Made by a program: the position numbers and the translations under genes
Shown here: positions 55,279 to 64,000 of the stretch, one piece after another
Layout of the letters: each line of letters opens with the position of its first letter
Numbering within the stretch: position 1 is the stretch's first letter
Notes under the pieces: generated by a model
What the model saw: only the letters and a program-made list of their open reading frames with translations
Told to the model about the DNA's origin: nothing
Databases searched by the model: none
Origin: Lama glama
Lineage: Eukaryota
Direction: 5' to 3'
Assembly (NCBI GenBank): GCA_028534125.1
Contig: CM052817.1
Coordinates: 77,626,001 to 77,690,000, forward strand
DNA: 64,000 nucleotides

Positions 55279-57992
55279 GATCAGCGCGGCGCGTCTCTGC
55301 GGCTCGCTGGTGCTGGTTTTCCACCCCAGCTGGGGTCCCTCCCTCGGAGGAGCGGCACTCTGCCTGGAGACCCTCCCCCTTCGCCTTAGCTGCAGTCCGG
55401 CCGGCTTTCGGCGAAGCTGCTCCGGCACAGGGCCAGCCTCCTGCCGCGCCCCGCCTCTCCCGGTCTTCACCGATCCCAGGTGTGGCGGGCGGGGCAGGGT
55501 GCAGCAGCTCCGCGCCTTCGCTGGGATCTGGCTCTCGCAGTCTCCAGATTCCGAGGCGGCCACGGAGGCTACTGGCGAGCTCTCCGGAAGCCAAGTGGCC
55601 AGGGCTAGAAGGTGGCCACGCGGCCGCTGGGGTGCGCTGTGTGCCAAGCCGGCTCCAGACGAGCGCGAAAAGGTGACTGTGGGTGTGTTCGCTGAGCGTC
55701 CCACTCTAAGAAAGGGAAGGTCGCGCAGTGGAGACCCATCCCAAGCCCAGAAAGCGGTAGCTAGGGTAAGTTTCGCCCGAAAGCGAGAGATGGTGCTAGC
55801 CTGGGCGCTTTTCCTCGAGCTTAGGAGAACAATGACCGTCCCGCCTAGCTTTCCGCCAGCCCAGCGCGTCGGTCTGGGAGGAGCCGGGACCGATCTTACC
55901 CGGAGCCCAGCCATCGCGGTGGCTCAAAGCGCCCCAGCCAACGACCGCGCCCGGGTAAGGAGAGTTGGGGCGTGTGTCACCAAAACAAATTAGCGGGTCT
56001 TGGTGGTTAGCTTCCAACAAAGCCATTCTCGTGCTTAATGTTAATAATAATAACAATAATTATAAATTAAGTGCCTTTGCATCAAAGGCATAATTTGCAT
56101 AAACTCCTTTTCATGAGTGGAAAAAGATTTTCTGGAAGAAGGAAAAGATAAATTGAAACAGTAATCATGGATGGTTTGTGTATGAAGTCAGAAAACAAGG
56201 GTATCTCCATACAATTAGGTTAACTTGAGAGTAGGGTACAGTGCAGAGCAGCCAGTTAGCCCAATTTTAAATTAATTCGTCATTTATGTTGAACCGAAAT
56301 TAATACACACACAACCACGAAAAAAGTGTCCGTTTAAAACGGCTCAGCCTTCCTACCCTTTGTCCTATCCCTATCATACTTTACAAAAAAGAATTAGTGT
56401 CTTCCTTTGCTTTCTCCTCACCCTTATTTCTCTGTACGGCATTTGTAGTTTTAATATGGTATTTTGCAATGACCTAATTTTTGGGGCAGAATTAAATCTG
56501 GAGCTGTGTGTTTCACAACGTGTGAAGGACACCATTTGCAGTGATACACCAAAAGTGATTTAGCTGACATACTTTTAACAAACTCCTTTCAAAATATTCT
56601 TGGCAAGAATGTAAGACATTACTCACTACATAGAAACACATAATTCAATAGATCATATGAGAACTTAAAAAAAGTCTTCCAACCCCCCAATGCAATGGTT
56701 TACACTTCCTGCATTGAATAATTGTCTTTTTGTAACTTAAGTTTCTCTGAAACTTTACTGTTGTACATAAGTAGCCACAAATCAATAAAAAAAAAAAACA
56801 AGCGAAGGAGCAGAGTATGAAGTAATGCATGATAAATTATATGAGATTTTAAAATAAGAGTTCTCTTCTAGTATGTTCTATCATAGTGATTACAGCGCTC
56901 ATGAATGAGATACTCATTCTCCTCAGTGCTCAGTTTTTCCCTGTGGAAATCCATGCATTTCTCCCTTCAGGAAGGCAATTATAATTTAAAACTACTTTCC
57001 TACTAAAGATGGAGTGAATTTTTGGCTTGGATTATTTGCTTTGATTGGCTACCTTGATTATAACAGGCACTATTCAAATGTTCATTTTCTCTCCTAACCT
57101 GAAAGGATTAAATTATCAGAAACTAGGAAGGCTTTGGAAAAATTTGTGTAAGAAAAGCAATCCATGGTCTCCCATCAGTGAGTTTCAATTCTGTGTAGTG
57201 TAGATGGGGTTGAGGGTTACTGTGAAGGCTTGTTACCTGAGGCAAGCAGACCACAGGGGATGGGGGATGAGGCATTTCAAACTTTTCTAGTCTCCAGGAA
57301 ACTCAGATAAAACAATACCTCTTGTAACTTTGAAGTACTTAAAAGTGAAGCATATTTTGAACTGACCTTACCATGACCTCTTGTTCCTCAGCTCCATTTT
57401 ATTCTTTAACGCAATCTGCTCCATTATTTTTTGTATGTTTTGACTTACTGGTATGGATTGCTCTAAGCATCTAAGCTCTAAACATCTAAGCATGCTGTTT
57501 TAGAGTAAGTTGAAGAGTGAGTAAATAATAAACATTACTGGGAAATAACTTGGAAAATGATGTTAATGCTACTTCAAACAAACAATTTAACAAAAAGCCC
57601 TCCAACATATTTCCATTGTAGTAGAATAAAACCCAAACTCTCTAACATGGCTTACAAGGTTCTGCATGATTTTTACCTACCTCTACTGCTAAAGGTTTTG
57701 ATCATATAACTAGAAAAACAAACAAAACCATGGATGATCAAATTTCTTTTCTAAAAAAGAGAAACACAAACTATAAAAGCCAAGATATCTCCAATACTTT
57801 GTCTTGTTCTTTTTAAAAAAAAAATACCACATAGTATATTCTATTCCTTTGCAGCAAACCTGTATATCCCAGGCTTGAGAAAATTGAGTAAATGTCTTTG
57901 CACATATAATAGAATCTAGGTTTCTCATTGTCGAAAGGGAAGGCTAGAAGGTACATTGTGGTGTTGAAATGGAATTGGAGGTTAAAAATTAA

Positions 57993-58026
57993 GTGTGTGT
58001 GTGTGTGCGTGCACGTGTGCATGCAT
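57993..58026. repeat. (TG)n-rich alternating purine-pyrimidine tract
   Basis: GTGTGTGTGTGTGTGCGTGCACGTGTGCATGCAT. Confidence 0.85.
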
Positions 58027-58270
58027 CATGTGAGGAAATCCCACATGACAAGGAAATGCAGGCAGTTTCTAAGAGCTGTGGTAGCCTCCAGCTGACAGCT
58101 TACAAAGAGTTCCATCCAGCAAGAAAATGAATTCCTCAGTCTGGAATGGAAATTTGCCTACAACTGGAGTGAGCACAGAGGCAGGTATTTCCCCAGTCAA
58201 GCCTCAGATGAGACCACAATTCCAGCCAAGAAGTTAACTGCAGCCCTGTGAGATGCTAAGCAGAAGACAT
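58027..58270 (+). mobile_element. MaLR MLT1 LTR fragment
   Basis: CCACATGACAAGGAAATGCAGGCAG...CCCCAGTCAAGCCTCAGATGAGACCACA. Confidence 0.7.
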
Positions 58271-58639
58271 CTTCATAACCGACATCTTAATAATGTTGAG
58301 TCCTAGAATCTATTAACATAGTATATTTATCCATTTATTCTGATCTTGTAAAATTTCTCCCAGCAATGTCATAGTTTTTAGTGCATGTCTTGCATGTATT
58401 TTGTTAAATTTATCTCAGTATATATTTCAGCTCTGTCACTGAGAGATACTAGAAGCAATGACATTGATTTGGCAATGAGTAAACTTACACGAAGATTTTG
58501 GTTTCTAAATACCACTCTTTACTTTAAAAGAAAGCAGGAGTCTTTGGAGAAAAATTCTAACTCTGTGATAGGTAATGTACAAAATGTGCCTGGAAAATCT
58601 TGTTAGAAAACAAGAAGGGCTTAAAAATGATGCCAACAT

Positions 58640-59268
58640 ATCAGAAGAACAGAGGACATATCTGAAAGGGGCTTCCAATGGACAAATCTGGAGCCGTTGG
58701 AATATCAAAATATATATTGACAGTAACAAATTATAAACCATTGGCTAAAATAAGAAACCCTGATTCCATACTGAAATAAATAAATAAATAGATAAGCAAA
58801 TAAATAGAAGAGAATGGAATGTTCCTTACAGTAGAATACCAACTAATAAATATAATAGGAATCATGTAATTAGAAAATCATTAATGGTTGCTAAAGCTAA
58901 TTAGTGAGAGTTTGATGATGGGTGGAGTATTTATATAGCTTAAAGTATCTCCTCACAGGTTTCTTATTAGTTACTATAAGAAAATAGTATCTTTAAAAAA
59001 GAGACCTTGTGGATATCTCTAACCAAGTGATCAACTTAGTGTCACTTATATTGGGACAAACCAACAGTATATACCTTTTAATAGAATATACTGGGAAGGA
59101 TATGACATTACTCTTGTGTCATTAACTGCCAAAAATATGAATCTAATCATGAGGATTAGATTGAGGGATTTCCACCAAAGACACCCAGACTGAGGGACAT
59201 TCTTCAACATAACTGGCCTCTATGCTTCAAAGATTGCAAGGTTAGGGAAGGCAAAGACTGAGGAGCTA
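58640..59268 (+). mobile_element. L1MC-like 3' UTR fragment
   Basis: CTGCCAAAAATATGAATCTAATCATGAG...GAGGGACATTCTTCAACATAACTGGCCT; same family as 29500-31300. Confidence 0.7.
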
Positions 59269-60342
59269 TATATTAGTTATATATTGCTATGCAACCATAT
59301 TACCACAATATCAGTGGCTTAAAGCAACATATATTCATTGCCTCCCAGTTTCAGAATCAGAAGTCTAGGCTGGTTGAGCTGGGCCCTCTGCTCAGGGGTG
59401 ACTCATAAGGCAATCAAGGTATCAACCAGAGTTGCAGTCTCATCTGAGACTCAAGTGGAGAAGGATGCCCTTCCAAGCTTATTCAGGCTGTTGGCAGAAT
59501 TCAATGTCTTGTGATTGCAGAACTGAGAAATTCTTTTTCTTGCTGGGTGCTGGCTGAAGGCCTTTACAGCTTATTGGTTGGAGGCCCCTCTCTGCTTTTC
59601 AAAGCCACTTTCAGTGCCTTGCCACATGGAGCTCCAAAATGGCCAGTTGCTTCCTCAAAGCCAGCAAGGGAGACAGCCTCCAGCAAGATGGGCAGTATAA
59701 TATTATAATAACGTAACCAATCACATACACATAGTCACATATATACATACATACCTTTGCCATATTCTGTTTGTTGGAAGTGTAGACAAAAAAAAAAAAA
59801 GTTGCCTGCCAGTTCAGTAGGCAACGAACGTTGCCCACCATCAAGCCATTAGCCACTGCAGCCACTCCAGCGGTGTTCTCTGAGGAGAATTCTGGATGGA
59901 GAAAAACAGGATACTGGCTCTAAATAGTTAAGATGCATATCAAAGGAGTAACTTCTATGAGCCCAGACTCTTACTTTTCTCATACAAAGAAAAGCACTAG
60001 AATCACTAACTTGAGATGTCTGCTTTTTGTGATTAGGAGTAATCTTTTGATATTTGACTACATGGGTTACTTTTTTCCAGCAAAAACTCCTATATACCCT
60101 GGTACCTCCTTTCTCTCTTAGGAATAGTTCCTCAGAGCTATCTGAGAGGCTGTATCCTGGGCTATTGTCCTCAGTAAAGCCACCAAATAAAACATAATTC
60201 TCAACTTTTGGGTTGTACTTTTTTTTCAGTCGACAGAAGCAAGTCAAATTTTTGCTCATACACGAGGAGGGGATCATACTAGGGTGTGAATACCGGGATG
60301 AGGGATCCTGGAGGCCCCCTCAGGAATCCATCTACAATAACA
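59269..60342 (-). mobile_element. MLT1E-like MaLR LTR split by a younger LTR
   Basis: TATTAGTTATATATTGCT...AGTGGCTTAAAGCAACA...GGCTGTTGGCAGAATTCA; GCCATATTCTGTTTGTTGGAAG resumes as GAAGCAAGTCA after 60235. Confidence 0.8.
59781..60235 (+). mobile_element. ERV1-type solo LTR (resembles artiodactyl MER41-like LTRs)
   Basis: Termini TGTAGAC...GTCGACA, 4-bp TSD GAAG (59777-59780, 60236-60239), TATA-like CCTATATA and AATAAA; 455 bp. Confidence 0.8.
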
Positions 60343-62369
60343 CTGTAATAAGGCACACTGACTGGGACATAGCATGTGTTCTGCAGATATTTGTTGGGTC
60401 AATTTAAAAAGAAATATGGGCTTTTTCTTAGAGTACTTTGGCAGTACTTTTCCTTATTAGATGTAAATAGGACAGCAATTGATCTTTGAGGAAGGGTTAT
60501 TTCTTTTAGTGGTCTTTGGAAGTCTTATCATGGTTAATAAGATCACCTTTTACTCTTCGCAGCACTAGGTTTCTGTGAAAGAGCAATTTTCTGAGGACAG
60601 CGTTGTAGTAGGTGTTTCACGTTGTTGCACAGTAGGGATCAGGCTAATATTTAAGCTGCGTTAATTTAAATCATATCATAATTCTCAATTTCAAAGACAG
60701 AGCCAATCTATGAATAATAAGACTGTGTCATCGTGCAATAATTTCAAACAGTACACAGTATTTTCCTCCCCAAATCAAACATAGGGTTTTTCCACCCAAG
60801 TCTCTTGAAGCAGCCAAGAATTCAGTTTGATATACAAAGGCTGATCCATGTGGAAAGACATGATACAGAGAATGGCGAGCCGCTGTTCTTCTTATCAAGG
60901 AAGGTCACACATGGAGGAAGTGGACTTACATGAAAACCGGAGGGATTTTGGACAGATACTAGACACACTTGCCTGACAGAGGGATGCAATACAGATGGAT
61001 TTATGATGAAAAACAATAGTGGAATTTTTCCCTAGAGACTTTTACAAATGAGGTGGACAACCATCTGTTGATAATGCTTTGAAGTCCTGCCTCAGAGCAG
61101 ATCAACCTCAGGAACTCTTGAGGTTCCTCACTGTCCTTTCACCTGCATATGGAGATCATGTTAAACAGAGGGATGATCTTGTTTTCATTGATAAATAATA
61201 ATAACCACTCACAGAAACATGAAATAACTTAAAACACCCATATCCAGAACAAATCTATACTCTTTTCATCCACTTTCCTATTAAAGAAAAGATTCCATTC
61301 TCTAGAGAAAATACCCTGTGCTAGTCAGAATGACTAAAAATAAAATAATTAGTTTAGAAAGAAATAGCAAGGAGTGAAACACTTTTAAGTCAACTGCATC
61401 CAGGTGTGACACACTTAACTAAAAACCAGTTTAAAAGTAGGTCATTTAAAATAGACTCTTTAAAGGTTAAAGGAACAAAAATGTGTCTTTTTAAAAGAAA
61501 ATCGAGAGAAACAGGTTTGTTGATATTAATTCCAACCTAGAGAATCATTTGTGTTTCCTCTATAAGTTATAGGTGTAAATGTTTTAGTTGATGCTCAGAG
61601 TCTCATTTTAAAAATCTCAGATGGCTGCACAGACACTACTGTGAAGCCTGCCTCCTTCCAAATATGTAAGGAAAGGTGTGATTTAATTATCATGCCAGAG
61701 GGAAAAAAGAACCTCATGACTGGAGATAACATTCATCTTTTAGGAGCAGCTTTTGGATAAACTTCTTTGAATCAATTCTTTGAAAAGAAAAATCAACATT
61801 TTACAATTTAATAAAATTAATTAAAACTCATACAAGATTCCCAAATTAGGGATACTATAAGGTGTGCAAAATTTTCGCTAACTTTGATTCATGCCTTGAA
61901 AATACTACATTTTTAAATAAACAAAAGCTAGATGGACATCTAAATGAAGCTAGAAGTTTATTCTTTATAGAAATAGTCACAGTGACTCAGTTTTTCCATT
62001 CCATTTTTATAGGTAAATTAACAACATTTTGAAAGGAGATAATGTGCAGCCATTCCAATCTGGAAGTTCCAGCTATGCTTACAGAAAATGTTGTCTTTAA
62101 ATAATAGCACTTCCAAGAAAAGCAATCAGAAAATCAATAAAAAGAAGGAACTATCCCACAGAACAGGCCTCAGTTCCTTTAGTTCATCTGTTTTCATTCT
62201 TCCCTGTCTATGAAATCACTGATAGTGCATACATTAGAAGTATCATGTAAGCTATTCTAGCATAACTGTAGTCCTGTAAAATTTCTTTCATATTAGGTCT
62301 GAGAATCTGAAAAAACATTTCAATAATGTCTTAAAAACTCTAGAATTGATTAATGCAAGTGATTTCCTC

Positions 62370-62660
62370 TTTGCAATAGTTACACTGGAAGGTCCTATGT
62401 TTTTATAAACTGTGTTGCCATTGCTCAAAACATTTTGGGAAATTCTTCTCTGAATGCCTTCAGAGTCTGCATTAGACTTTCTGAATCTCATCAGTAGTGA
62501 CAATATTTCAGTTTGCTTACTTTATGGTGAGAGTGAATTTGGGTTTTTGTATATTTTAAACAGACAAAAGTTACTTCACCTATGGTCTGGTGGGAAATAC
62601 AAATTTTTTTTCAGGTAAAATGAGAAACAATCCTAAAGCAATGGGACTGATTTTTGTAGT
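62370..62660. mobile_element. MARNA-like mariner fossil
   Basis: TGCCATTGCTCAAAACATTTTGGGAAATTCTTCTCTGAATGCCTTCAGAG. Confidence 0.65.
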
Positions 62661-62679
62661 CAAGATGGGAAGTTTATAT

Positions 62680-62840
62680 TATTCTGTTTCCAGCTGTGTG
62701 ACTGCCCAATGCCTCAGTTTCCTCATCTGTAACAGGAGTAACAATGGCCCATATAGACTTCTTCTGACTGTTAAGTGATATAATAAATGTTATAGTAGCA
62801 ATTAGAGTGCCCAGCACACAGTTAGAACTCAATAGTTCTT
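62680..62840 (+). mobile_element. MIR SINE
   Basis: TGCCTCAGTTTCCTCATCTGTAACAGG core. Confidence 0.75.
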
Positions 62841-63029
62841 ACCTGGAGAATAACTGTTTGAAGGGATTTCTAGTCCTTTCCTTTCTACCAAACTCCTTCC
62901 TCCATCTATTCAAATCCAGCACATCATTCAAAACTGACTCCAAATCCATTCTCTGAAATCACATTTTTCAGTGTAACTAATTCATTTTGTAATTTTCTGT
63001 TTCCAACCCATCATGGAGTTCTGAAGATT

Positions 63030-63680
63030 GATCTTACATCATGACTCTTAAATCCATTCCCTTTTCTCCATCCCACTTCTTGTCTTCAATACTTGAAGCC
63101 ATGCATTCTCCATGCTGCAGGCAGAGTGAACTTTCCACAGTATAAGCCTGATGGAGTCACTTCCCTCTTATAACATTTTAGAGCCTCCCCAGTGTCCTCT
63201 AGATAGAGGACAATCTTCTCAGTAGGACATGTAGAGCCATTTACAATATAAACCCAACTTACGGCAAAAGCATCAGTGCCACATTTCTTTAAATGTAGCA
63301 TGTCCTCACTTCCCCAGTACTTTGCATGTGGCTTTTATTTATTCTCTTTGGCTTCTGGCTAACTCCTACTGTTTCCTTTGGATTTAATTTAGAGATTAGG
63401 TACTCCAGGAAACTTATATTCCCAGATCCTCTATAGGCTCCACCTCCTACCCAAGGCTCATTTAGGTATATCTCTTAAGAAATCTCATAGCACCTGCTCA
63501 AGCATTGCACTGTATTGTAATCTATTTATTTGAAATTTATTTCCAAATCAGGACATGAGCCACTGGAGGGCAGACCCTGTGTCTTATTTGTGCCCCTCTA
63601 GAATCTTGTGTTCATATTGGTATCCCTAGGAACATAATAGGGCTCAGTAATTATTTATTGAATGAATGAATGAACAAATA
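63030..63680 (+). mobile_element. L2 LINE 3' region
   Basis: GAGGGCAGACCCTGTGTCTTATT...GGCTCAGTAATTATTTATTGAATGAATGAATGAA terminus. Confidence 0.8.
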
Positions 63681-64000
63681 ATGTTTCTGACGTCTTATTT
63701 ACTGTTCTTGTGACTCATTAACACTTTTTATTGTTACTAAGACTTAAAAAAAAAAACAACTCCCAATTTGGGCTTTCACAACTGCTCTCTCTGCCTTGGA
63801 AAAACCCCAACAGTTGCATAGCTCAGCCTCTCACTTAATGTGGGTCTCTATTCACATAGCACCTCAGAAGGGTCTTCTCAGACGTCGTAAGTTAATAGGA
63901 CAAACAACCACCCCATTGCCAAACACAGCTATATTTTTCTTGATACACTTACTTACTTTGGACATTATGTTCTATATTTATTACTTGTTTATTTTTTCCT

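Larger units (their letters stand above)
53620..55995. promoter_or_regulatory. PDE5A: CpG island containing the PDE5A promoters (A1 promoter and intronic A3/A2 promoter)
   Basis: Abrupt shift to GC- and CpG-rich sequence with many GC boxes (CCGCCC/GGGCGG), enclosing the alternative first exons. Confidence 0.93.

Noticed and set aside
61841..61850. Perfect CArG box CCAAATTAGG upstream of a smooth-muscle gene
   Set aside because: Several are expected by chance in 64 kb of AT-rich DNA; no supporting context.

Overview
Mammalian genomic DNA, almost certainly camelid (one tRNA-Ala-derived Vic-1-type SINE with a perfect 15-bp TSD; no ruminant- or primate-specific SINEs recognised). The window holds the 5' part of PDE5A (cGMP-specific phosphodiesterase 5A) on the minus strand: a CpG island (~53.6-56.0 kb) with three alternative first exons (A1, putative A3, A2), then coding exons 2-5 (N-terminal PKG site, GAF-A domain). 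The gene continues beyond coordinate 1. About 8 kb of upstream flank and the introns are AT-rich and filled with old repeats (L1, L2, MIR, MaLR/ERV LTRs, DNA transposons). No prokaryotic-type system, CRISPR array or RNA gene is supported. The most notable observations are a GC-AG intron after exon 5, an out-of-frame overlapping uORF created by the putative A3 exon, a 212-codon in-frame extension and divergent splice donors upstream of exon A1, a 24-nt templated insertion inside an LTR, nested LTRs upstream of the promoter, and a false duplication around a 100-N assembly gap. Repeat family names are from recognition of consensus sequences, not from a search.
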